Shown piece after piece: positions 1 through 12,960 of a DNA stretch of 64,000 nt. The translations under genes were made by a program, and so were the position numbers. The notes beneath the pieces are model-generated. The model was not told the origin of the DNA, did no database searches, and saw only the letters and a list, made by a program, of their open reading frames with translations. How positions within the stretch are numbered: the first letter of the stretch is position 1; the number at the start of each line of letters is the position of its first letter. This stretch comes from Tubiluchus corallicola (lineage: Eukaryota > Animalia > Priapulida). Where the stretch lies: assembly GCA_030141605.1 (NCBI GenBank), contig JAQGDQ010000784.1, positions 31,989 to 95,988 of the forward strand. The letters run 5' to 3'.

Positions 1-427
1 ATAATAGATTGCATTATTATCGATGATAATCGTGACGACAATGACGATGACGATAAAAAAGATGGTTATAGACGACAATATTGCGCAGTAATGGACGGGG
101 TAACATTTTCACGAGCTGATACAATTTGAAATCATTTTGTCAATCAAACTCCGGTAAAATACAATCATATCTTAATAACAAGTAGCTGATTTATTTTAGA
201 ATTTTGATGAATTAAGACGGTGGTGACGACGAAGGCAAGATTCAAGACTCGTTTATTCCACTTAAGGTAACACATAACAGCTGTCAATGTTATAGTATAA
301 AATAATGTAAATTTAGACTTTAACAATTATTTAGTTACAATTAACAGTGTGAATAAGGTGAGGAAATTTACAATAACAAATTTGTGTCACCAAATCCCCC
401 TGAAGCTTGGCTTGACGGGAAATTTAA

Positions 428-1089
428 AGCGCAAGAAAATCCTCCATTTATATCAAGCTCAAAAAATTCGTCTTGAAATTTTACACGACTTACATAATGA
501 CTTTTTGCATGCAGGGCTTGTACATTTAAACTCCTGCGATGACTGTTAGGCGCAGCCATTTTGGTGGTGGTTCATTTAAAAAAAGTTTAGATAACATTAA
601 GTAAAGTTTGAAAAAATAATCATACAGCATTCGTAGTGCACACATCACTAGCTAAGTAAAATTTTAAATTACTGTATCTTGTGAATAAGATTAAAAATAC
701 GTTTTTGGCTAGTGAGTGGTGCACCCTGGAGGAGGGTGAGTCAGCGACATTTTACCAATTGGTGAAAACATTTTAAATAATTAATAATTTTCTTTTCTAG
801 TTACATAAGTCTTTGCAGCAGGTAAGCGATATGCCAAGTAATATTAAATTTGCGTGAAAAAATTTTTGGGACATAGTTTAACATTTTCTTTTGTGTCCCT
901 GATTTACGTTGTGCGTATATGACGTCGCGTAATGGCGCCCCCGCAACAATGTTGTGGGAGATTTAAAATGAAAACAAACAAAAATTCCTCTTAACGCGAG
1001 TACGATATACGCATAAAATTGCTATATAGTAAAATAATGTTTTAAGGCAATTTTTCTGAAGCCTAATCAGGTGCCTCTTTTCTTGTCTT
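428..1089. mobile_element. Non-autonomous DNA transposon, TTAA-flanked with AG termini (Kolobok-like), family A copy 1
   Basis: TTAA|AGCGCAAGAAAA at the left end and TTTTCTTGTCTT|TTAA at the right end; the interior is homologous to about 47755-48370. Confidence 0.6.
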
Positions 1090-1947
1090 TTAACAAGCAA
1101 AAATGAGTCAAATCAACAGCTGTTGATGAAGATGGCAAAGTTTGAGACTCTCAGATTTGCATCACAGGTTGACAGAGACAAACGCAATCGTTACACAAGG
1201 TCAGATTCATGTTCATAGACAGGACAGATTGATAAAGAAAAGCAAAATTGTAGTCTAGCAAGCTAGGGTTATGTTGCTAAGCGGAACTCTTGTCGTAAAA
1301 GTTAAAATTTTACTTTGGTTAATTCAAAGAATTCAAATAGGCAAATTACTGATATGACTCAGATGATTATATTGAGCGAATAAGTTGATGAGCCCACAGC
1401 CATGCCGTCTGTGAAGCCCTTACTTAATCAGGCAGTGAAGACAGGCAGTCTAGCAAAATGAAGCCATTCTTGTTGGAAATACGGGCTATCTTAGATATGC
1501 GGATTCTCGTAATAAAATTTAAAACTTCGTGGAATTAACGAGTGAAATTACTGGCAATACTGATTGTAACACTTGCACATGTCGGCGGTACCTTGCAAGG
1601 CTGGTGTATAAATTTATTGAATCGGCAAAATTGCGGAAGTTGAAAAAATTATCAAGCATATGTTTTATTATCTGCAAGTGCAGCACGGAAGATGTTTGAC
1701 TGTTTATATGGCGTCTACATTCCCGACTGATAAAAACAATTCGTAACGTCACAAACGACCTCTCATAATTTCAAAAACGGCCCAATTGTAAAACATATTC
1801 GCTAAAACGATTCCAAATTTTTGACTAGTTACTGGAAATTTTCGTGTTTTTGTAGTGAAAGTCAAATAATAGTCACAGGGTGTGAAGAGATAAAGGATGT
1901 TGAACTTGCAAGGTACTAAAATTCGTATTTGGTAAAATGGGCAGAAC

Positions 1948-1949
<2 letters not shown>

Positions 1950-2020
<71 letters not shown>

Positions 2021-2041
2021 AGGGAGAGAAAGACAGAGAGG

Positions 2042-2073
<32 letters not shown>

Positions 2074-2534
2074 AAGAGAGGGAGGGAGAGAGAGAGAGGG
2101 AGGAAGAGAGAGCGAGAGAGAGAGAGAGAAAAAGAGAGAGAGGGAGAGAGAAAGAGAGAAAACGAAGAAGAGAGAAGGGAGAGAAAGAAAGGAAGAGAGA
2201 GAGGGGGAGGGGACAGGGAGAGAAAGAGAGAGATAGAGAAAGAGAGAGAAAGAGAAAGAGGGAGAGAATAAGAGAGATCGAGACAGACACACAGAGAGAA
2301 CGATATATAGAGAGAAAAAGAGAAACAGAAAGACAGAGAGAGAGAGAGACGAAGGAATAGAAAGAGAGAAAAACGAAAACGAGAGGGGAAAGAGAAAGAA
2401 AGAGAGAGAGGGGGAAGAAAGAAGGAGAAAGAGAGAGAGGGGGAGGCGGGCAGGGAGAGAAAAAGAAAAAAGAGAGAGACCGAAAAAGAAAGAGGGGAGA
2501 GAAAGGGAGAAAGAAAGAGAGAGAAAGGGAGAGA

Positions 2535-2565
<31 letters not shown>

Positions 2566-2600
2566 CAAGAGAGAGATAGAGGGGAGTTGAGAAGGAGAGT
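1950..2600. repeat. Degenerate (GA)n purine microsatellite
   Basis: About 650 bp of GA/GAAA-rich low-complexity sequence; explains the SL/RE-rich ORFs in the track. Confidence 0.95.
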
Positions 2601-3229
2601 GGGTGAAGAACAGATAGACAAACCAAACAACTTATTATTCTGTCAATACCTAGGTGCAAAATGCAGCATTTCGACGGATTCATATTTGTATGACGTCATT
2701 CAACGAGTGACGACAGAATTTTTAAGACGACCAGTTTTGATTTCAAAAAGAATTTCCGATTATGTTTGAAGACGTGACGGCGTCGATTCAGGGATTAATA
2801 GTTAAACGCTACGCGACCGATAAAACGTCGTTCAAGTGCAGAAAGTTAGTGAATTTTTCAGCGCTTGTGTCACACGGAAATTAGGCGGGCACATAGCCTA
2901 GTGGGTACGACATCATACTTGGCGTCCGAGGCTGGTCAGTTGATGGATAGCTGAACAGCGGCTATTTCGCTAATGCCGTATTTGAGCTTTCGGCCTCAGC
3001 GTTAACCAACTTCATGATTTTATTAAGCTGAAACAGCTACTGAGGATTATAGTGAAAAAACGTGGGATTTTTAATGAGATTTTTTCGGGGTGGGAGGGTG
3101 GACAGCTTCTATTTAATCACCACTAGGGGTGGACGACATTAAAAAGGTTGAACACCACTGGTGTAGAGGAGAGTATATTATATTAAATTTACATTTTACA
3201 AAATCATAAACTACATTTATAGAAAAGCA

Positions 3230-3800
3230 TTAGAATTATTGCATATGATGAAGATCTTACACTGTTAACTAAAACAACAATTTTGTAAATTTCGTTTTAT
3301 AAAACACTCAGTAATGAATTTCGACACTAAACTTGTCATTCAAAAATCACTATCTAATAACAGCAAAATAATTTTTTGGTCCATAAGTAGATTAATAAAA
3401 GCAGGAAAATTTTTTCGTAGCAGAAATGAATAAATTTGACCTTATATCACACTAATTTTTGCAGTCAAGTTCAAAATGCATTTCATCTTCAATTTTTCCT
3501 TCATTACAATGTTCATACATTCGATTGTCAACGGATATTTTGGGTATACAATGTCGGCCTTTTTTATGTACAAGTTGTCAGAACTGATACCCAGTTTAGT
3601 AAAGTTCGATCTTAGTGCATGATTATGTACAAAAGACAGGTACTTTTCCACTTCAAATTCTAGCTTGAATTTTGTATAAGTTCGTAGTTTATTAGTTTTC
3701 CCTGTTTTGCCCGTTTCTTTTGTAATACGTTCCTTCCTGTAAATTTTATTGTTAGTGTGTAAGAGTGTGTAAACAAGCTTGGCATTTCTGTCAAAACAAG
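3230..3800 (-). mobile_element. Decayed non-LTR retrotransposon ORF2 C-terminal fragment
   Basis: Translation KLRTYTKFKLEFEVEKYLSFVHNHALRSNFTKLGISSDNLYI matches the KLRTY..FK..F..E.YL...R...TKLRIS.H.L.I pattern of LINE ORF2 tails; frameshifted downstream. Confidence 0.7.
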
Positions 3801-3959
3801 CAAGAACTACAAACATCCACTCGTTCAGCTGGTTTTGATTGCACTGTTGGCTATGACCATCCTGCCAGTAACCAATGACTTTAATGTCTTTTGTAACCCT
3901 TAAAGAAACCAGTTTCAGTTAATTAAATGGAGCCTGAGCATTATTGATAATTAAACTCC

Positions 3960-4745
3960 TCTGAACAATTGCTCCACATTCGTGAAGTTACATCCATTTC
4001 ACACTTCAAACAAGAGCTCAAATCTTATTTAAGTTTTTCGTTGCGTAAGAAACATTTTTCATTTGGTAAACCTCCAATTTCAGTGCATCATACGCGCACG
4101 GGAGTCGGATTTTCTCAGCTAAACTATGACCTTTTCTCTAAAGGCTGTAAAGATAATAACGGTCATCCAATATTGCCAAATTGTAACTGTGGATTTCGAT
4201 TTGAGTCTGTTGAACACTTTTTGTTGCACTGCCTATTGTATCAACAAACTAGGGTTGTTAGGTTTAATAAATTAAATGCAATACTTCTGCCTGAAAACCT
4301 TAATATAGCTGCCTTAGGAACTAATGATCTGTTGAAGTTGTTATTATTCGGAAAAGATGAATTTAACTCTGTTGCTAACTGTAAAATATTCCAATGTATA
4401 CATGACTTTATATTATATACTAAACGCTTCCAGTAGTTTTTATTTGATATGAGATGCATCAGTCTTAAATATTCGTACATTAATATTTTCTAACCGTCTT
4501 TTTCTACTAATGTCGAATGTAATCTTGTAGTAAAACTTGTCAGCTTGTGTAGTTATAGTCTATTATTACTGTAAATGTTACTAATGTCTAATGTAATCTT
4601 GTAGTAAAACTTGACAGCTTGTGTAGTTATAGTCAATTCTTACTGTAAATGTTTTTGTAAATAGTGTATAAAGTCTGTTGTGATGAGGATCCTAAATCAT
4701 GTTGTTCATACTGTCTGAAATCCTAAATAAATTGCGTTTAAACTA
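3960..4745 (+). mobile_element. LINE (CR1/L2-group-like) 3' fragment with 3' UTR
   Basis: ORF 3969-4436 contains IREVTSISHFKQELKSYL and a C-terminal CNCG..ESVEHFLLHC zinc knuckle, followed by an AT-rich UTR ending AATAAATTGCGTTTAAACTAAC. Confidence 0.8.
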
Positions 4746-5094
4746 ACAATTGATCCTACCCCTTTAACTCTCTTCACTTCCATTCATATTTTGCTCCGCC
4801 AAGCAGCTCCGCCCACATGCATTAAACTGTAAATGCACTTACCGAACCCATTAAAAACATAATTACTTTTGCATAATAGTTGTGATAGTTCAATATGTCA
4901 TTACCTTCTGGTTTTGGTAACTACACATTCTTAAAAGTTCAAATATTTATGACTTTATATAAATATGAATACACTTTGTGTAATCGCTCTGCGTTTGAAG
5001 TTTTTATTATTACTGTGTCAGATCTTACTCGCTTCAGTCCTCAAAAATTTTCTGAACCAGAGCACCTCTATAGTCTACAACATAGCAGCCGAGT

Positions 5095-6037
5095 TAGTTT
5101 AAACGCAATTTATTTAGGATTGGATCAGACAGTTTGAACAACATGATTTAGGGTCCTCACCACAACAGACTTTATACACTATTTACAAGAACATTTACAG
5201 TAAGAATAGATTATAACTGCACAAGCTGACAAGTTTTACTACAAGAATACATTAGACATTAGTAACATTTACAGTAAGAATAGACTATAACTACACAAGC
5301 TGACAAGTTCTACTACAAGATTACATTAGACATTAGTAACATTTACAGTAAGAATAGACTATACCTACACAAGCTCACAAGTTTTACTACAAGATTACAT
5401 TAGACATTAGTAACATTTACAGTAAGAATAGACTATAATTACACAAGCAGACAAGTTTTACTACAAGATTACATTAGACATTAGTAACATTTACAGTAAT
5501 AATAGACTATAATTACACAAGCTGACAAGTTTTACTACAAGATTACATTCGACATTAGTAGAAAAAGACGGTTAGAAAATATTAATGTACGAATATTTAA
5601 GACTGATGCATTTCATATCAGATAGAAACTACTGGAAGCATTTAGTACGTAATACAAAGTCATGTATGCATTGGAATATTTTACAGTTAGCAACAGAGTT
5701 AAATTCATCTTTTCCGAATAATACCAACTTCAACAGATCATTAGTTCCTAAGGCAACTATATCAAGGTTTTCAGGCAGAAGTATTTCATTTAGCTTATCC
5801 AACATAACAACCCTAGTTTGTTGATACAATGGGTAGTGCAACAAAAAGTGTTCAACAGACTCAAGTCGAAATCCACAGTTACAATTCGGCAATATTGGAT
5901 GACCGTCATTATCTTTACAGCCTTTAGAGAAAAGGTCATAGTTTAGCTGAGAAAATCCGATTCTCATGCGCGTATGATGCACTGATATTGGAGGTTTACC
6001 AAATGAAAAATGTTTCTTACGCTATGAAAGACTTAAA
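5095..6037 (-). mobile_element. Second copy of the same LINE 3' fragment, inverted
   Basis: Reverse complement of about 4020-4745; ORF 5629-5982 is near-identical in protein to ORF 3969-4436. Confidence 0.8.
5191..5560. repeat. 74-bp tandem repeat, 5 copies, inside the LINE 3' UTR
   Basis: Unit ACATTTACAGTAAGAATAGACTATAACTACACAAGCTGACAAGTTTTACTACAAGATTACATTAGACATTAGTA starts at 5191, 5265, 5339, 5413 and 5487; the + strand copy has only 2 units. Confidence 0.9.
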
Positions 6038-6755
6038 TGAGCAGCAGAGTTATCGTTGAGTCGACTGCCGAAACGCCCCCGCCAACTACTTGTTGATACA
6101 AATTTCTGACATTTTTGTCTAAAATCGGATCTGACCAATTTGTTTCTGTTATTAGAGAGTTCACTCGCAACTAAAATAGCAGTCTCACGGCTATAATTGG
6201 CTTCTCATTTATGAGTTTGGATGGCAAGGAATGTTGCCTGTCTCGCTTTCTTAAGTTTCCAGTCATATACGCTCTTTGCGCGCGTTAAGAAATCACCGCT
6301 GTTAAAGACGCACCGCCGAACCGGAAGTGATGTCAAAGTTGCATGCTACACCGTTCGAAGATAAAGATGCAATTTGCAAAAAATGTTTGTTCGAACTGAG
6401 TGCGCACGTATAAAAGTTTTTTAATAAACCACTTCGGAAACAGTTTATTTGTAGCACTAACGAAGCCACGTGACGCTGTATAAATTCTCTTTGAACAAAA
6501 TCATAAAAAAAGGTCAACGTAGGCTCAGTCGGCAGTCTACGGTCTAAAGGAAACTTGACAGATGTCATTCATGTAGAGCAATGAGACCGGAAAATTATAC
6601 TAGTAAAACGTTAAAATGAAGCTGTAAAGTGTATTATTGCGCTCGGAAGTAAAGCATTTTTACGTTTAGCGAAGTTAAATTTGTCACATTTTATGACATA
6701 GTCTGATTTTATATTATTATGGTATCCATTTTTAGTCTCGCTAACAACTCAAAAA

Positions 6756-7170
6756 GCAGGTCGTGTCACTTTGTGTTATTGCATATAAGATATGCAATCG
6801 TATCAACGTAAGAGACAAATTGGAAGTCTGTCCTATCGGAAGTCTTCTGTCCTCTACGTACTCCTCTAGGAAGACCTTTTGTCTTCCTGGAAGTCCTCTA
6901 TCCTCTTGGAAGTCTTCAATCATTTTGGAAGTCCACTATGAAAACCTTTGTCTTCTAGGAAGTCCTTTGTCATCTTGGATGTCCTCTGTCCTATTGGAAG
7001 TTTTCTGTCTTCTAGGATGTCCTCTAAAGAGTCATCTATCTTCTTGGGAAGTCCTCCAGGAAGACCTTTGTGTTCTAGGTAGTCCTCTAAAAAACAGGTA
7101 GTGTCAGCTTTGTGGTAATATCATATAATATCATATAAGATATGCAATCGTATCAACGTAAGAGATAAAT
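6756..7170. repeat. Degenerate GGAAGTCCTCTGTCTTCT-type short repeats flanked by a duplicated segment of about 65 bp
   Basis: Repeated GGAAGTC(C/T)T motifs at 6820-7090; CATATAAGATATGCAATCGTATCAACGTAAGAGA occurs at about 6782 and 7132. Confidence 0.65.
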
Positions 7171-7523
7171 GCAGAATGTGCTATGGGGTTTGTACAAGTG
7201 GGGTTGCTACTAAGATATTAGCACCGACCAAAATCCCATATCACACTTGTCGAAATAGGTGCCCAAAACAGTGGTGTAGGTGCAGATTTACACCATGTTC
7301 ATAGCTTACTTATGAATGCCTTTAGTTTCATCAACTGCGGGATAATTTCAACATTCCAGAGCTGCCCCACTGGTAACCAAGCCATCAGCGAAGGTGCAAC
7401 GAGGTTGCAGTACTGGCGCAAGTACCCGAAATCTCATGCACTTACTATAGTTATAATCTCTCACTAAACGTGTTATTGGTAATTTATCTTTTTCTGAAAG
7501 GTTGACCACCTTGACTTCTTTAA

Positions 7524-7925
7524 CCCTTTCAGAACCAAATTATTTTTTAATAAGAAAAACATTTTTTGGCTTGGTACTTTTATTCAGTATGTCCATCTTG
7601 TTTACACATAATAATTTTTTTCTACCTGTGCCCGCGTGCTAAACATAGCCTGTATCCCACGGGATACATTGGGATTCAATGGAAGCATAAAATGTGCTTC
7701 ATTTTGCAACTGCTGATAATTTTTTAAAGTATTTAAGATATTTAGTATGCATGCCATGCTGATCTGTACAAAGTCATCTCTAAAGTACTGTACCTTGCGC
7801 AGTTTTTTATGCTATGTAGATTTTTTAGTTTGCCATTTTATCACCATTTTTAGTCTATTGTTATTTTCTTAAATCAAAATAACTATTAACAGATGTACCC
7901 ACGGGATACAATGGGCATGAAAGGG
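7524..7925. mobile_element. piggyBac-like MITE
   Basis: TTAA|CCCTTTCA...TGAAAGGG|TTAA termini; internal palindrome TGTA(T)CCCACGGGATACA occurs twice. Confidence 0.7.
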
Positions 7926-9398
7926 TTAATAGTGGACTAAATAAAAGTAGCAGGCGCATTAATGATTCAGAGCAAGATTTACTTCCACTACAAAAACAAA
8001 TTTAATCTGAATCAAAAATGCACGTTTTTTCAACGTTCCACGTGTTCGACGAGTACATCCTAAATCTGCTCTTTTGAGGAAAACGAGTTAACACTTTTTC
8101 TGCAACCGTTCTACTGGAAAAGAAGCCATCGCATGCTTGTAGCTAGAAGTTAAGAAGCCATAGATTCGTACCACACACCCAGCTAAATCACCTCTTTATC
8201 TCTGCTGCATGCAAGAAATACACGTTTATGATTCTGCCAGGTCGTATAGTTGCATGCCAAGTTCAGGCTGACTCAGTGTTTCCACTTGCCAACAGCATTC
8301 TTGGAGGTTCCACTTTTTGAGCAGCTAATTGAAGCCATTCGCGTGGGAGGTAAATCCCTGTTCTCTCCAGGGTGAAAGGCTCTATATTAATGTTTGATGT
8401 TTAAGTGTGGTTTATGACCTTCCCTTCACCGGGGAGCTTAAGTGGGAAATCTTTCCGAAAAGAGGCGCGTAGGAGTAATGCTCCAGATTAGAAGAACTCC
8501 ATATCATGGCCATTTTGATAACCTTACAAAGGAGATATGGGAGATCTTCGTCAATATAACAACTAATGGAGGTCAATTAAGAATTGCTGAGAACGCAATT
8601 TTTTGCACCAAATTAGAAGAACTCCATATTATGGCCATTTTAATGACCTTACAAAAGAAATATGGGACATCTTCGTCAATATAACACCTAATGGGGTCAA
8701 TTAATAATCGCTAAGAACGCAATTTTGGTGCTTTCTGACATCTGAATTTTATAAAACTATTTGGGTATATAGGTATATAATACATAGAATTTTTCATTTT
8801 ATATTACCGTTTCACAATAAAACTATTTAAAGCGATTTGCCAAAAATATGTGTATAAGATCTACCGTCTAAACAACAAAATCTCACAAATTTAATTTTTA
8901 CGTCAAATACATATTCATCGCAGTAAAACAAAATTATTCGTCGAAAAAACTGTCCCTAAAAGTTCAGTATTCAGATCTTGTTTACAATGTTAATGTGGGC
9001 AGTAACAGCCATGCAGTGTGGGCAACTTATTCCGTCTTAATTCTGGAGCTATAACCTGAAAAAGCCCTGACACTGTTTCAGTATCCTTTAATCGCATTGC
9101 GCATGCGTCAGCTAAGGATGACATTTCGCCTCTCTGAGTATACGTACCCATCCATCCATCCAGTGCCTAAATCCCTTTTATATCAGGGCGAGTACCAATG
9201 TATATTGTACTACTAGGCTTTTTAAAATAATATGATTTCTACTCGAAAATGCTAAGGCGCACATATATACTTGCTCTAATGATTCACTATGCTTCTTCTT
9301 TTGACCACTATGTCGTTCAGTAGGCAGACTGCATAAATTTTTCCCTCTCCAAATAACAACCATCTCAATCATTCTTCATCAGTTACTCCTTGCCAAGG

Positions 9399-9517
9399 GA
9401 CATAGACATAGACATAGACATAGACATAGACATAGACATAGACATAGACATAGACATAGACATAGACATAGACATAGACATAGACATAGACATAGACATA
9501 GACATAGACATGGACAT
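9399..9517. repeat. (GACATA)n hexanucleotide microsatellite, about 20 copies
   Basis: Direct reading; produces the DIDIDI ORF. Confidence 0.95.
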
Positions 9518-9529
9518 TTTTATTTATCT

Positions 9530-9730
9530 CCTCATTCACACCATAGTATACAAGGGACCTTGTTTTTCATCTCTGTGTAAAATTCACAACTTAATATTAG
9601 GTGTTCTGCAGTTTCAATATCTTTACCACATTTACAAAGTCTTTTTTCTATGCAGTAACCTACTTTCCAAGCATACAAGGGATTTCCCAATACTTCTAAT
9701 GCGCCAGCCCTAGCTTTGACAAGCAATTCT
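9530..9730 (-). mobile_element. LINE ORF2 C-terminal zinc-knuckle fragment
   Basis: GYCIEKRLCKCGKDIETAEHLILSCEFY has the CxC...ET.EH...C motif. Confidence 0.65.
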
Positions 9731-10877
9731 ACACCTCATGTATCATTACCCCGGGTTCACGTTCTTGAGACATTATGACCCCTTGTTGTTGTCTGTATTT
9801 TTTTTATCAATGTTTTACCTCAATAAACTAATATATAAATATGTAATATCCACATTATCTAATGTGTTGAAACTTCATTAACTCTCTGCAGCAGTCCTTG
9901 TTATTGTTGTCAGTGTTGTTGCTGCTGCTGCTGTTGTTGTTGTCAAATGCCAGTAATATCGGGTCAAAAAAGACCCTTGATATTTCTGTTAAGGATTGGC
10001 ATAGAAACCCATTTAATCGTTTAATTCATCTTGTGCAACAACTTCACAAATCCCCAGGGCACAATTCGCTCTCCCAGGAATACCGTGACGTGAATCTATG
10101 AAATTCTCGTTAAAGTCGATGAAGACGAGTGAACGACGACAGTTAAGCACATCGTAACGTCTGTCAATCAACGATTACAACCACCGTAAACGCTCAACCA
10201 GCCAGGGTTTAACACTTGCCATGAAAAATAGCACTACCAGCAAAGTGCCTGTTACTTTATGTTGAAACAATAAACCGCCAATTAGTCACGGCGTTCGAAG
10301 CGCGTTCAGCTCGTGTTTATTGTCTATGATTCACAACCACCGCGACCCCGCTGGCCTGCAGCTGACGGACGGACAATAAACCCACGAATTCCAGTAGAAA
10401 AATCGAAGGCAAATTTTCAAATTGAGGGTAGACGACGTGACTCAGTGGCCGATTAACTGGAAAAGTTGTGAATTTCGCCGACCCATCGGAATTGTTCGGT
10501 TAGACAATAAAAAGGTTTTATCTGAGCTATAATTTGCCAATACTCAAGCACGGTTGCATTTAAACTCAAATTCTCAGATTTGACCGCGAGAATGAGTCAT
10601 ACATACGTGTTTTAGAACAAGACTGGTAAAGAGGCTAGACACCATGGTGCTAGCTGACCCTATACGACATTTTGTCTGCATGCCTTGTCAAGGCTGCATC
10701 AGCTGTATCTTTTATGCGTCTGCAGTCGTCAAGACACGTCTGTGGTACTTTGTGACCTGCATTGGCTGTCCTACATATGAAATGTTGCGTATTTTAATTT
10801 GCAAAATTTAAGGCCGCAATAACACGGGGAATAACATGGGAATAAAAACCCATATTCCATACGTGGCTCATGTGATG

Positions 10878-11561
10878 TCTGCAGTGGCCTAACTGCACAT
10901 TTTTTCAGTAACTTCCCCCAGTCAGTAGCATAACTGCACATAACTGCACCTTTCTCTGGCCTACAGCTAGTAAAATGTGCAATGGCCTAACTGCACAATT
11001 TTTCAGTAACTTCCCCCAGTCAGTAGCATAACTGCACCTTTCTCTGGCCTACAGCTAGTAAAATGTGCAATGGCCTAACTGCACATTTTTTCAGTAACTT
11101 CCCCCAGTCAGTAGCATAACTGCACATAACTTCACCTTTCTCTGGCCTACAGCTAGTAAAATGTGCAGTGGCCTAACTGCGCATTTTTTCAGTAACTTCC
11201 CCCAGTCAGTAGCATAACTCCACGTGGCCTAACTGCGCATTTTTTCAGTAACTTCCCCCAGTCAGTAGCATAACTCCACATAACTGCACCTTTCTCTGGC
11301 CTACAGCTAGTAAAATGTGCAATGGCCTAACTGCACATTTTTTCAGTAACTTCCCCCAGTCAGTAGCATAACTGCACTTAACTGCACCTTTCACTGGCCT
11401 ACAGCTAGTAAAATGTGCAATGGCCTAACTGCACATTTTTTCAGTAACTTCCCCCAGTCAGTAGCATAACTTCACCTTTTTCTGGCCTACAGCTAGTAAA
11501 ATGTGCAATGGCCTAACTGCACATTTTTTCAGTAACTTCCCCCAGTCAGTAGCATAACTGC
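10878..11561. repeat. Minisatellite, 75-85 bp unit, about 8-9 copies
   Basis: Unit TGGCCTAACTGCACATTTTTTCAGTAACTTCCCCCAGTCAGTAGCATAACTGCAC(ATAACTGCAC)CTTTCTCTGGCCTACAGCTAGTAAAATGTGCAA. Confidence 0.9.
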
Positions 11562-12443
11562 ATCGGGTTTTACTGTGCCTGAGTCTGTCTGTCTGTCTGT
11601 CTGTCTGCCTGCCTGTCTGTCCGTCCGTCCGTTTGTCTGTCTGTTTGTCTACCTGTTTGTCCGTCTGTCTCTCTCTGTCTCTCACTCGTTGTCTCTCTTT
11701 TTACTTCCATTTTTTCTGTCTCTCACTCTCTCTTTCTCGCTCACTCACTCTTTCCTGACCCGTCCCTCTCTTTCCCTCGCCCTTTCTCTCTCTTTACCGT
11801 TTCTCCCGCGCAAAGTAACGTCAAGCTAATTATCGTAATTAGCGGCAATAACGTTAATTACCATCCTTTGAAAGAGGCCGCTGCTTGTGTCACACTTGTT
11901 GAGCTTTTGATTGGGAAGGTCAGTGGCAGGCACACGCCCAGAACAAGGTGACAGGAATTCTCCCATGAGAGCAACATGTAAACAAGTAGGTAATTTACCT
12001 GTTGAGAGCGCATTTTGAACAGGAACCGCCGACAAAATGTAGCTAATATTTCAAAAAATTAATAGGAAATTTTTCGCTCATTTCAAATGCGCATGCGTAT
12101 AGATTATGCACGCGTGGTTAACCCTTAAATGGCCATGGCATTTGGAACGTATTCCTTACGACATTGGTTCAAATCCAACCTTGCTTCTAATTTTTTCACA
12201 TGCCTCATTTTCGAAAAAAAATGTTTTAAAGGATTGTAATTTTTGATTTATTCCTTATCTTTACTAATTGTACTGGAAAAATTTCTTACAAGTCTGTTTC
12301 ACGTTTAACCTTCCAGATAGAATACTTGTGATTTTATACAAACATGTAGTACAAAAAATAATATAATTTTTTATTTAATAATTGTGGTTTTTGATGAAAC
12401 GGCGTTAGGTTCAGTCTGGATTTGACACGAACTCTTTTTCCTC

Positions 12444-12960
12444 TTGTTGTTGTTGTTGTTGTTGTTGTTGTCACAGTTCGTTGTCCTTGTCCTTGTCGTT
12501 ACCATTGTCGTTTTTGTTGTTACTGTTGCTGCTGCTGTTGTTGTTGTTGTTGTTGTTGCTGGTGCTGCTGCTGTTGTTGTTGTTGTTGTTGTTGTTGTTG
12601 CTGCTGCTGTTGTTGTTGTTGTTGTTGCTGCTGTTGATGCTGTTGCTGTCGTTGTCGTCATCGTCGTCGCTGTTGTTGTTGTTGTTGTTGTTGTTGTCGT
12701 AGTTCGTTGTCCTTGTCCTTGTCGTTACCATTGTCGTTCTTGTTGTTACTGCCGCTATTGTTGTTGTTGTTGCTGCTGTTGATGCTGTTGCTGTCGTTGT
12801 CGTCGTCGTCGTCGCTGTTGTTGTTGTTGTTGTTGTTGTCGTAGTTCGTTGTCCTTGCCCTTGTCGTTACCATTGTCGTTCTTGTTGTTACTGCCGCTAT
12901 TGTTGTTGTTGTTGATGCTGTTGCTGTCGTTTTTGTCGTCGCTGTTGTTGTTATTGTTCT
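12444..12960. repeat. Compound (GTT/GCT/GTC)n trinucleotide repeat with higher-order duplication
   Basis: The block AGTTCGTTGTCCTTG(T/C)CCTTGTCGTTACCATTGTCGTT recurs three times between triplet runs. Confidence 0.9.

Noticed and set aside
1749-2683. Long SL/RE-rich ORFs (also at 22982-24264 and 49559-50014)
   Set aside because: Translations of GA/CT/CA microsatellites.
12371-12873. Poly-amino-acid ORFs (also at 15324-15573, 17921-18154, 21560-21948 and 59865-60257)
   Set aside because: Trinucleotide repeats open in several frames; no splice or domain support.
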